The notes: generated by a model from the sequence alone, not told the origin. A stretch of 64,000 bases of DNA from Ranitomeya imitator (GCF_032444005.1 NC_091285.1:12648001-12712000), one strand, 5' to 3'. Shown: positions 1 to 10,733, numbered from the stretch's first letter. A program made the numbers and translations.

Positions 1-339
1 ACCAGCAAACACTCTCAAGCCAAGCTAGGAGGAGGAGACTTGTTATTGAGCCAATAAATAGGGTCCCACATTAATTTGTAATGATTTTCAGGCCAGGGAT
101 CTATCATTTGCTCATTTTGCAAATGTGCGAGAAAATCTCGCCATACGGATGATACACGGATACTTTTTAGAGAAAAAAATCGCACACAGATCACCATTAG
201 TGTAATTCTTGACAGACAAAATCGGACAGTTTTTTTGTACGTTGTGTGTGACTCCAGCCTACTTGTCAGTATTACTCTGCAGTCACCAACAAAATGGCTC
301 TGCACTGTGATCCTAAATTGCAGTACTTAACTGCAGTAC

Positions 340-641
340 TTTGCTCTGCCCTCAACAGGGCAAATCAGTACGCCTGCGCAGGAGCCGCAGCAAGAAGACA
401 AGAAGAGGACGTGATCGTATGAAGATGGCAGGCGCTGGACAGGACCGCCACACCCATCTGACCGGACCGCAGCAGGACCGCCCCTGGGTGAGTATAATAT
501 AACCTGATTTTCTTATCTTTCATGTACATTGGGGGCTTATCTACAGCATTACAGAATGCATTACAGAATGCTGGAGATAAGCCCCTGATGCCGGTGGCTT
601 TAGTTTATAGGCTAATTTTGGGGGTGACAGGTTCCATTTAA
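340..641. mobile_element. Partial T2/Kolobok-type MITE (right end)
   Basis: Ends in TGACAGGTTCCATTTAA, resembling the terminus of the TTAA-flanked MITE at 44874-45250; left end not resolved. Confidence 0.4.
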
Positions 642-759
642 TTAATAACAAGCTGCCATATGGAAAAAGGCCATTAGGTGGCAGCAGAGCAGAAATGTAA
701 GGACAGATAAACACAGCATGGAAACACATAGAAACTGAGGAGCATAACTTACACGGAAC

Positions 760-3171
760 CAGTGGCGTAGGAAGGGGGGTGCGGGGGGGGGGGGGGGGCG
801 GTCCGCCCCGGGCGGCACAATGCGGGGGGCGGCCGGCGCTGCAGGAGAAGAAAAAAAAAAAAAAAGACGCCCCTTTAAATCTTCGGGCGGCGCCGTCCGC
901 CGCCACGACCAGGGCCAGCTCCCCCCACCCCCGGCCCCGCCCCACGCTCTAATACTCACCTCTCCTGGTTCCTGCGGCTTCAGCGTCCTCTGACTCTGCG
1001 ACGTCTCAGAGCAGAGGGCGCGATGACGTCACTACTGTGCGCGCCGCTCAGGACAGAGAGACGCTGACTGGCTGCACCGGACCGGACCTGCGCTAGGAAC
1101 GGGAGAGGTGAGGATTTTACTTTTTTTTTTTTTTCTTTATGTCTGTCTGGGGGCAATGCTGGACACACTGGGGCAATACTGGAGACCATGGGGCAGATTG
1201 CTGGACACACTGGGGCAATACAGGAGACCATGTGGCAGAATGCTGGACACACTGGGGCAATACAGGAGACCATGGGGCAGATTGCTGGACACACTGGGGC
1301 AATACAGGAGACTATGGGGCAGATTGCTGGACACACTGGGGCAATACTGGAGACCATGGGGCAGAATGCTGGACACACTGGCGCAATACAGGAGACCATG
1401 TGGCAGAATGCTGGACACACTGGGGCAATACAGGAGACTACTATGGGGCAGATTGCTGGACACACTGGGGCAATACTGGAGACCATGGGGCAGAATGCTG
1501 GACACACTGGGGCAATACAGGAGACCATGGGGCAGATTGCTGGACACACTGGGGCAATACAGGAGACTACTATGGGGCAGATTGCTGGACACACTGGGGC
1601 AATACTGGAGACCATGGGGCAGAATGCTGGACACACAGGGGCAATACTGGAGACCATGGGGCAGAATGCTGGACACACTGGGGCAATACTGGAGACCCTT
1701 TGGCAGATTTCCGGACACATTGAGGCAATGCTGGAGACCCTGGGGCAGACTTCTGGACACACTGGGGCAATGCTGGACACTGGGGCAGATTGCTGGACAC
1801 ACTGGGGGTAATATGCTGGACACACTGGGGCAATGCTGGACACTGGGGGTAATATGCTGGACACACTGGGGCAGACTGCTGGACACACTGGGGAAAGGCT
1901 GGACACTGGGGCAGATTGCTGGACACACTGGGGGCAGTGCTGGACATACTGGGGCAGATTGCTGGACACACTGGGGGTAATATGCTGGACACACTGGGGC
2001 AGATTGCTGGACAACATGGGGGTAATATGCTGGACACACTGGGGCAGATTGCTGGACAACATGGGGGTAATATGCTGGACACACTGGGGCAGATTGCTGG
2101 ACAACATGGGGGTAATATGCTGGACACACTGGGGCAGATTGCTGGACAACATGGGGGTAATATGCTGGACACACTGGGGGCAGGACTTGAGGCATGGGCA
2201 GAATGTAGATACGGGGCAGAATGTAGATACGGGGCATGATTGGAGACACGGGGCAGGATTGGATCATGGGGCAGGACGGATACGATGGAGGCTGGTGGGG
2301 CAGGATGGGGAGATCATATGGAGTAGAATGGATACTCATGAGGGCAGGATGCGAGAACATATGGCTGGAGCCAGGAATGAGATAAACGGGGCCAGGGTGG
2401 GGAATAGTGTTACCATAGGCATAGGGGATAATTAAGGGATATTATTACTGCAGTGATGTATTTATTTTATTTTTTGAGTATACTGTTTTAAATGGGGGGG
2501 CGGTCCTGTTACTGTGCAGAGTGACACTATATCGCCTTTTTATCTTCATGTGGTGTAATGTAGAAGTTGTGAAAAATTAAGTAATGTGTTCTGCAAGCGG
2601 AGCTCTAGATAACTGTGTTATTTCCTGCAGAAACGAGTCCTGGCTGGAAGGAATGATGGCGGTCTGTGCTGGATGAAAGATGAAGGACTTCACCTAGAGA
2701 CGTCACTGGTGAGTCAGTGTTACCTATACACTGACACTATACACTGTATACTATATAGAGGTCCTGTGTATAATGTCACCAGTGATCTCTGTATTACCTC
2801 TACACAGACACTGCATACTAAGTACAGATCTCCTGTGAATACTGGCACTTATGGTGATAGTATTGTGGTTTTTTTTTTATTACTGATCAGTATTGTAGTA
2901 TTCAGTCACTATGTGGTGGTAATATGTGGTCTGGAAATGGTGTTGTGGTATTTGTCCCTTGTATGTAGTATTATTCGGTCACTATGTGGCCTGGTCATGG
3001 TGTGGTGGTATTAAGTCACAGGTTTGGCATGTGGGGGTGACACCATTAGGCCCAGTTTAAGTTCTACAAAACAGGAAAACCATTTTTGGTAACCTTTGTG
3101 TGCATTGAGCGGGGAGGGGGAGCCAAACTCGGGAACAGCCCCGGGCGGCAAAAGCTCTAGCTACGCCTCTG
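760..3171. mobile_element. Non-autonomous hAT DNA transposon
   Basis: TIRs CAGTGGCGTAG (760-770) and CTACGCCTCTG (3161-3171; reverse complement CAGAGGCGTAG). Perfect 8-bp TSD CACGGAAC at 752-759 and 3172-3179; 8-bp TSDs are characteristic of hAT. No transposase ORF. Confidence 0.9.
1147..2182. repeat. 21/42-bp minisatellite inside the hAT element
   Basis: Unit CTGGACACACTGGGGCAATACAGGAGACCATGGGGCAGATTG (a dimer of 21-mers); source of the overlapping repetitive ORFs at 980-2435. Confidence 0.95.
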
Positions 3172-3303
3172 CACGGAACAGCACAACAATAATGTTCTTT
3201 GTTATCAGTGTGTTTAGAATAAAACCAGAAAAACAAGTTTAGCCACACCTTCTCTGGTAAATATGAATCACAAAATTCTTCTTCCTTCTTTCTGCTCTGA
3301 GCA

Positions 3304-5055
3304 ATGGCGTCTGCTGGTCTAAGAAATGAGCTGATCTGCTCTATCTGTAAGGACATTTATACAGATCCTGTAACCCTGAGATGTGGACACAACTTCTGCC
3401 GGGTCTGTATTGATGGAGTGCGGGATACAGAGGGCAGGTATGGAGAATATTCCTGTCCTGAATGCAGAGCAACATTTCACAAGCGGCCTCCACTACAGAA
3501 GAACATAACTCTGTGTAATGTAGTGGAGAATGTCCTGTCTACTCAGCCACATCAGGAGGAGATCACCGGGATCTGCTGCACTTACTGCATTCACTCTCCG
3601 GTACCGGCTGCTAAATCCTGTCTGCTGTGTGAAGCTTCTCTATGTGATAATCACCTGAGGGTTCACAGCAACGGACCAGAACACGTCCTCACTGATCCCA
3701 GCACTTCTCTGGAGACCAGGAAATGTTCTGTCCATAAGAAGATCCTGGAATATTACTGTACTGAGGACGAGGCTTGTATCTGTGTGTCCTGCAGTTTGGT
3801 CGGAGAACATCGGGGACATCGGGTGGAGACTCTGGATGAGGCCTCTGAGAAGAAGAAGAAGAAACTGAGAAATGGTCTCCAGAAACTGAACACAAAGAGA
3901 AAGAAGACTCAGGAAAGAGTCCGTAGTCTGGAGGAGTGCAAGAGAAAAGCTAAAAAAAAAGCATCTGGAGAAGGCAAGAGAGCCACTGCCTGGTTTACTT
4001 GGATCAGGAGACGGATGGACATCCTGGAGAAGAAGGTCCTGAGTGATATCAAAAGGCAGGAAGAGCAGGAGTCACTCTCACTATCTGAAGTGATCCAGAA
4101 ACTGGAAAGAAAGAAGGACGATCTGTCCAGGAAGATGAGGGACATTGAGGAGCTGTGTAACATGACGGATCCACTGACTGTCTTAGAGGAGCGAGACACC
4201 GGTGACAGTTCAGCAGCCCTCAGTGACTTGTTTGGTCCTTGTTTGCGACGTTGTGAGGTCGTACCGCTAGTATCCACTGACTGTCTTAGAGGAGCGAGTG
4301 ACTTGTTTGGTCGTTGTTTGGGACATGGTGAGGTCATAGTGGGACATGATGGAGGTGATGAGGACACAGGAGGACATGATGGAGGTGATGAGGACACAGG
4401 AGGACATGATGGAGGTGATGAGGAAACAGGAGGACATGATGGAGGTGATCGGGGTGCGGAGCTGATCTCACACACATTATCTGCTATAAGAGATATACAT
4501 GTGATCTTCTATGTTCAGGATCCTGCGGACATATTCCTGGATGTAAACACGGCTGGTAATAATCTCCTTGTATCAGACGACAGGAAAACTGCAACCTGGA
4601 CAAGAATAAGACAGAATCGTCCAGAAACAGCAGAGAGATTCCAGGATTATCCTCAGGTGATGAGCGTGAGGAGATTTACCTCAGGACAACATTACTGGGA
4701 TGTGGAGATCAGTGGATCTGTATGGTGGATGGTGGGGATGTGTTACCCCAGTATAGACAGGAGTGGAGCGAAGTCAATTATTGCATCTAATAACAAGTCC
4801 TGGTGTTTATATAAAGTGCTGGGGAATATTAATCATTATTCAGTGATACATGACAGTAAAATTATCCCGTTACCTCACCAGATCTCCAGTGATCGGTTCA
4901 GGATATGTCTGGATTATGAGGCCGGGCAGTTGTCCTTTTATGAGCTGTGTGACCCCATCAGACACTTACACACCTTCACTGCCGCCTTCTCCGAGCCTCT
5001 ACATGCTGCGTTATGTGTATGTGGTGGTTCTATAAAGATATCGGGGAGCAGCTGA
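3304..5055 (+). CDS. Intronless tripartite-motif E3 ubiquitin ligase (RING, two B-boxes, coiled coil, PRY/SPRY B30.2); amphibian-expanded TRIM25/TRIM16/finTRIM-like class
   Basis: 583-aa ORF. C3HC4 RING (CSIC...CGHNFC..C...CPEC), B-box1 (CTYC...CLLCEASLCDNH...H), B-box2 (CSVH...C..DEACIC..C...EHRGH), basic/acidic coiled coil, and PRY/SPRY motifs (LDVNTA, RF...PQVM, GQHYWDVE, LDYEAGQLSFY). Confidence 0.95.
   Translation: MASAGLRNELICSICKDIYTDPVTLRCGHNFCRVCIDGVRDTEGRYGEYSCPECRATFHKRPPLQKNITLCNVVENVLSTQPHQEEITGICCTYCIHSPVPAAKSCLLCEASLCDNHLRVHSNGPEHVLTDPSTSLETRKCSVHKKILEYYCTEDEACICVSCSLVGEHRGHRVETLDEASEKKKKKLRNGLQKLNTKRKKTQERVRSLEECKRKAKKKASGEGKRATAWFTWIRRRMDILEKKVLSDIKRQEEQESLSLSEVIQKLERKKDDLSRKMRDIEELCNMTDPLTVLEERDTGDSSAALSDLFGPCLRRCEVVPLVSTDCLRGASDLFGRCLGHGEVIVGHDGGDEDTGGHDGGDEDTGGHDGGDEETGGHDGGDRGAELISHTLSAIRDIHVIFYVQDPADIFLDVNTAGNNLLVSDDRKTATWTRIRQNRPETAERFQDYPQVMSVRRFTSGQHYWDVEISGSVWWMVGMCYPSIDRSGAKSIIASNNKSWCLYKVLGNINHYSVIHDSKIIPLPHQISSDRFRICLDYEAGQLSFYELCDPIRHLHTFTAAFSEPLHAALCVCGGSIKISGSS
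4342..4449 (+). repeat. Coding 30-bp tandem repeat (GHDGGDEDTG x ~3.6) in the TRIM linker
   Basis: GGACATGATGGAGGTGATGAGGACACAGGA repeated in frame. Confidence 0.9.
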
Positions 5056-5761
5056 GAGAAAACATAGTCCTAGAAGAAATCTACCCAGCGACTGAGATTA
5101 GAATATGATTGGTGGAGTAATCAGCCAATAGGGACTCTAGGGAGCACCAGTGAGAGGGGCTACATCTAGGCTTTCATTTCTTCCGAGAACCAACAAGAGA
5201 ATTAGTTTTTATTGTTTTTATTTATTATTTATATATTTTTCTACATTTTTTTGTTTCTTTGCTACTGATAATTCTTTACTTTTCTCTCTATATTATGTTT
5301 GGTCATTTAATGCCCCCATAGAACGCTATATCTGATAGTCAATTTAATTTCAGCAACAAATACATGATCATAGATTATTGCAGTCTGTCTTGCAACCACA
5401 AAATGGTGTTATTGTGCCCTAGTTTTCCACTGGGAGCCGTTCTCTTGCGGTGGATGTTTTTGTCACCATCTCCAGGGCAACGTGTCTATACGACGCCATC
5501 CCAGCCCTGCCCGCCTTGTGACGCACCTTCTTGAGGGTAGGTGCGCATGGGAGATGCATTGGGATGCCGTCTGATGCCGCGGTTGATGATTCAGGTGATG
5601 GTGGCGGCCTACGTCAGCGCAGTACAGAGCTGCCATTTGTAATTGCAGGTGATGCTGGTGCCCCACATCAGAGGAGCACACAGCTGCTAATACTACTGGA
5701 AAGGGATTCCATATACTGTCTGTCCATATATAAAATACAGGCATGGCTCCTCCACTCATAC

Positions 5762-5800
5762 CCTTCATGAGGAAGCCAAAAGGCACAACGCGCGTCGGGG
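5762..5800 (+). ncRNA. Degenerate Penelope-type hammerhead ribozyme motif (probably inactive)
   Basis: ATGAGGA-A-GCC-AAAA-GGC-ACAA-CGCGCG-TC-GGGG. Stem II and the palindromic stem III are kept, but the core reads ATGAGGA for CTGAGGA and ACAA for GAAA. Confidence 0.55.
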
Positions 5801-6612
5801 TGGACTGGTGGTAAATATATTATCTTACTTTGATTTACTATCTTATTTCCTTTCCTTACCAGCCACATTATTTAAACATAAAAATCATTTCTTGCAACCC
5901 ATGCATTTATATATGTGCATTCTCAATAGCACTTATTTATTCTATGCTATAAATAATATATTCTGTTACACCAGCATTTTATTGCATTTTTCATGACCGG
6001 CTGTTTTCTCCCTTTTTTGTATATTTAAAGCCACTAACATGTTACATCTAACAACTAGCACCTTATAGGCTTTTGCACAGCAGATCAAGCTGTTGTATAA
6101 TAGATGAATACTATTTTTCATTGCTTGGTTGTCCAATGATTTATAGAAATTATGTTTATTTAGACTTTTAGATGATACCTTATTTTAATATATGTAAGTG
6201 ACTTTTCCAAGCAGTGGAGTATAGCTACCATCTTTATTTTGTATATATTTATATGTAAAATCTGCTATACATTTCTCCATTGGAGCCAGAGGCTTATTAA
6301 TCTGCTTTTAATCTGCCAGTAAGTTTTGTATGTAATTAAGACACCACCTGTTTATTATCTGAATTGTATTTTATCTGTTTTTAGCATTTTCTGTGAGTAA
6401 TTAATAAAGATTTGTTCTTTATACTTTATTTTTGGATGAATTCTGTACACTATTGAGTTACAGAGGAGAATGGAGTGTTGTCATACTTGGTAAATTATAA
6501 AGTTTATTATTTTTACAGGCACTTTGCAATTTTAACAGTATAATAAGATGAAACAACGTCTATTGACTCCTCTGACATGGAAGAGATGATTTGTGGATGT
6601 GTTAGTGGCTGA

Positions 6613-6935
6613 AGGATCCCATACACATTAGACTAATGTCGTCCGAAACTGTTGGGGACCCGGCCGGGGTTGGCTGACATTCTAATGTGTATGGGAGCAC
6701 CGGCCGATGGATGGTCTGGAGTGTTATCGATCAGTCATGTCCAATTTCGGATGGCCGATTACATTGTTCTCCCTGAGTAAAGCCATCGGGCCAACGTGTA
6801 AGATGGTGGCTTTCTCATAGAGAAGACAGGAGGAGCCGAATGAGCTTTCCTATATTTGGTAGAGTCGGCTCAGATGGCTGTCGGCCAAACAATTGGCCAA
6901 AGCATTGTTCGGCTGACAGCCATCTAATGTGTTTC
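6613..6935. mobile_element. Degenerate MITE
   Basis: Imperfect terminal inverted motifs CCATACACATTAGA ... TCTAATGTGT; TSD not resolved. Confidence 0.35.
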
Positions 6936-7073
6936 AGGCTGTAATTTTCATCCTGTCATTCATCCTTAGACCTCCTTTATAACCTATTACTTGTTTCAGA
7001 CTGTCCAGATCTCATGTATCAGCACAGCTTCATTCCTGGAATGATTTTCCCTTCTGTACAGAACCTAAAGTAG

Positions 7074-7782
7074 TGAAAAAAACCCATGGCAGAAAAGCCA
7101 AGAGAAACAACCAAAACAGTCCAGTATACATATAAAAGTGAAAATACTTTATTAATACATAGAAATAAGGACAAAAAAGCCATCAGGCCAAGAGATGGCA
7201 TGCAATACATGAAACCAAAATGACAACGGTAAAAATAGCAGGTGTGCACACATGCCGGAACCACACAACACAAAATATAAATACAAATAAATCTCCCCGT
7301 CACAATATGGCGGTATAAGAGAGGGCATGCCCCCTGAGGAAGGATAATATCCGAAACGTGCGTTGGGGTGTGTGCACACATCCCAGGAACCCCCACATTG
7401 GTGCCGTCCACAAGTAAGGTATTAGTTTCCAACATGCATATTGTCTATCTTTATTGCTGATATATCATGTTGCTCTGATTTTCAGAGCATTATTTACTCT
7501 GCTAGTTGTGTGAATATACCCCTTTGGGCACCCTCTCTTATACCGCCATATTGTGACGGGGAGATTTATTTGTATTTATATTTTGTGTTGTGTGGTTCTG
7601 GCATGTGTGCACATCTGCTATTTTTACCGTTGTCATTTTGGTTTCATGTATTGCATGCCATCTCTTGGCCTGATGGCTTTTTTGTCCTTATTACTTTGTA
7701 TTAATAAAGTATTTTCACTTTTATATGTATACTGGACTGTTTTGGTCGTTTCTCTTGGCTTTTCTGCCATGTGTTTTTTTCA
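7074..7782. repeat. Long inverted repeat (252-bp arms, 205-bp spacer); probable Penelope-like element remnant with inverted pseudo-LTR
   Basis: 7074-7325 is the reverse complement of 7531-7782 with about six substitutions. The spacer holds a hammerhead motif and the right arm holds AATAAA. Confidence 0.85.
7325..7372 (+). ncRNA. Type I minimal hammerhead ribozyme (Penelope type)
   Basis: Core CTGAGGA (7333-7339), extra A, stem II GGAT-AAT-ATCC, GAAA (7352-7355), stem III ACGTGCGT, cleavage triplet GTT (7361-7363). Stem I is CCC/GGG, extendable past one bulge. Confidence 0.75.
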
Positions 7783-8780
7783 GTGTTCTGTTTAGCGATT
7801 AGTCCGTATCGAATAGTCCTTTTTATTCAGCTGGCTACCTGCCATGATTGACGATTATATTCTTTATCATTCATTTACTTATATGGTGCCATGCTGATTG
7901 TCTCTGTAAGTATCGTTTTTGCTTAGAACCCAAAGCAGATAAAAATTATTTTTCCTTTTACAGCCTATGATAGATTTCTGTTTCCTTGTGATGAGAGCCT
8001 CTTATGTCATGAAGTGTTTGACTGTGCACATCATACCGTTCTTTGACTAAGAAGGTCTAAAATGACAAACAAAAATGGGTGAGGCTAAGCAAAAGTGTAA
8101 CATTTCCTGAATTTAAAAAATTGGAATATTTTTTTTGTACTGTAGTCCTAACCAAGATATTCAAGGAACAAAAAAAACGAGATTCCTGTGGAAATGCAAA
8201 AATGTATCCTACAGTACAGGGTGCGCAAATGTGAAAAGCTCAGAGCTCAATGTAGTTTTTAATGACTGATCCTCTACTAATGTATAATGACGTGCAGGAA
8301 ATATTTTCCTTTGGGGTTGGATCTATAAAATATAAATTAACATTAACATAATAGCAAGAGCCTATATGAGTACCTGTCCCTCCATTTTAGCCAAAGGCGT
8401 AATTGTAGTCAGATAGGCCCAGATGCAAAAATTGGACCTGAGTCCTCTGCCCCTGACTGATGGTTAGATGTATGGGCCATTGTAGCGTTCTAAATCCTAT
8501 ATGTAAATACGAATTGACCCTCCATCCCCCATTTTGCAGTAATATCCCCCATCTTGGGCTTTCTGGTACATATGTCCCCATTCTGGGCCCATCCTAGTAT
8601 ATATGTCCCTCATCCTGACCCCATCCTGGTAAAAAGTCCCAGCCATTTTGCAGAACTGTGGTTGCAACTATCTGACACCAGAAGACTAGCGGAAAAACTG
8701 ATAAATTCTTTCCCATTGTTTGTTCGTTATACAACTGAAAAGCATCTTGATAGATTTAAAGGATTTTAATATTGCACCTA

Positions 8781-9300
8781 CAGGTGATTCTCAAAAAATT
8801 TGAATATCATCATTTATTTCAGTTCTTCAAATCAAAAAGTGAAACTCATATATAGAGTCATTACACACAGAGTGATCCATCTCACGTGTTTATTTCTGTT
8901 AATGTTGATGATTATAGCTTACAGCCAATGAAAACCCAAATGTCATTATGTCAGTAAATTATAATAATTAACAAAAAACACCTGAAAAAGGCTCCTAAGC
9001 GTTTATAAAGGTCCCTTAGTCTGTTTCAGTAGCTCCACAATCATGGGGAAGACTGCTGACTTGACAGATGTCCAGAAGGCGTCATTGACGCACTCCACAA
9101 GGAGGGGAAGCCACAAAAGGTCATTGCTAAAGAAGCCGGCTGTTCACAGAGCGCTGTATTCAAGAATATTAATGGAAAGGTGAGTGGAAAAAGTGTGGTA
9201 GAAAAAGGTGCACAAGCAACCAGGATAACTGCAGCCTTGGAAGGATTTTTTAAGAAAAGGCATTCCTTGTGTCAAGCCACTCATGACCAATAGACAACTC
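8781..9300 (+). mobile_element. Tc1/mariner fragment (left TIR plus decayed transposase N-terminus)
   Basis: TA then CAGGTG terminus; ATG at 9043 begins MGKTADLTDVQK; after a frameshift the sequence gives LHKEGKPQKVIAKEAGCSQSAV (Tc1 paired-like HTH); internally deleted. Confidence 0.85.
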
Positions 9301-9309
9301 TAGAAGTTC

Positions 9310-9432
9310 TGTGAATCCTGCAGTCTGATTGGAGAACACGAGGGACATAAGTTGGAGCCTCTAAATGAGGCCGCAAAGTAAAAGAAAAATAAACTGAGAA
9401 ATCTTCTACAGAAACTGATCTTAACAACACAA
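9310..9432 (+). pseudogene. TRIM paralogue fragment (B-box2 end and coiled-coil start)
   Basis: Translates CESCSLIGEHEGHKLEPLNEAAK*KKNKLRNLLQKL, versus CVSCSLVGEHRGHRVETLDEASEKKKKKLRNGLQKL in the intact gene; in-frame TAA at 9379-9381. Confidence 0.85.
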
Positions 9433-10423
9433 ATGACAGCTCGGAAGGTGCGACGCCGCCGTCTTGTCTCTTTTCTATGTCAAGTCCTTATTACCTTGAG
9501 TGTCGTGTACTTTAAGAGGATCGTTCTGCCTCGTGAACACCGGCTGTCCTTTTCTGACTGCGACCGAGATTTAACCTAAATTAGGACAATGGACGTTGAT
9601 GAACCAGACGGAGCTTAGAGGAACGGACAGAGGAACATTCAGGGGAGGAAAACTGAGAGTTTTCTAGATCTATAGGAATCATCTCCTGACTTGTCTGTAT
9701 GAAATGATGAAGTGGTAATCAGAACCTGTCACCAAGTCAGAAGTGGAAAGTTTTTTCTCTTATTTAACCCCTTCATTAGCTTGCGATTTTCCATGTACTG
9801 TTTTCATATTTTTCCTACCCTTCTTCCCAGAGCCGTAACTTTTTTATTTTTCCGTCAATATGAGGGCTTGATTTTTTTTTGTGGGACGAGTTGTACTTTT
9901 GAATGACGCCATTGATTTTACCATAAAGTGTACTGGAAAATTGGAAAAAATTTCCAAGTGGCTTGAAATAGCAAAACAAAGTGCAATGCCACAATATTTA
10001 CCATGTTCACTGTTCTATAAAACTGACCTTACAATATGATTCTCCAGATCAGTACAAGTACAAAGATACCAAACATGTATAGTTTTTTTTACTATTACTT
10101 AATTGGTGAAAAAAAAAAATCGGAAAGTAAAAAAAATAAAAAACAATTTTTCTTATGTCACCATTTTCCAAGACCCATTTTCATTTTTCATCTTCAGCTC
10201 TTCAGCAGAACCCTAGGCGTCATAAAAACCCATCACGTCATGAAGACCTCAGATATTAGAGGACTATAATTAGGTAGTTATATTTCAACATGCCCGATCT
10301 TGTGTTCTGAGAAGTAATAAAACACTGCCAGCATTGTGCACGTGTGTGAGGGTCGTGGAAGAGATACCTACCGGTGGAGACGTCGGGCAGTTGTCAGAGC
10401 TCAGACGGTGCCATGTTGTCGTT

Positions 10424-10535
10424 GGATTAACATACATGTAATCACATTAGCGTCAATCCAGAGCGTCTGAGCAGATTAAATACTTGCAATCTAATTTGGG
10501 TGATGCACGGCCCTTAATCTGTAATCTCGTATAAA
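10424..10535 (+). promoter_or_regulatory. Putative photoreceptor promoter: cluster of CRX/OTX-type homeodomain sites plus TATA box
   Basis: GGATTA 10424, TAATCA 10439, AGATTA 10473, TAATCT 10515, TAATCT 10522 and TATAAA 10530-10535, which ends 50 bp before the GCIP ATG. Confidence 0.65.
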
Positions 10536-10584
10536 CTCGGCCACATTCGTAGGCTGAGACTAATTTCCTGATGTTTATTCAGTG

Positions 10585-10652
10585 ATGGGTCAAGTAGCGT
10601 CGATGCCAAGGAAGAATGGAGTTGTCGTTTTGGAGCTTCATGCATGGTATAG
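10585..10652 (+). CDS. gcip: GCIP exon 1 (guanylyl cyclase inhibitory protein, GCAP/recoverin family)
   Basis: MGQVASMPRKNGVVVLELHAWY-R; N-myristoylation motif MGxxxS; GT donor at 10653, phase 2. Not in the ORF track. Confidence 0.9.
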
Positions 10653-10733
10653 GTAATTTTTTTGTATGTATGTTGCTTAGCTGTAACCACAACCAGACGT
10701 AAAGGGGGAATCTACTCAAGCCAAAGAGACATA

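Noticed and set aside
980-2435. Cys/Pro-rich keratin-associated-like ORFs
   Set aside because: Translations of the 21/42-bp minisatellite inside a non-autonomous hAT element, open in multiple frames.
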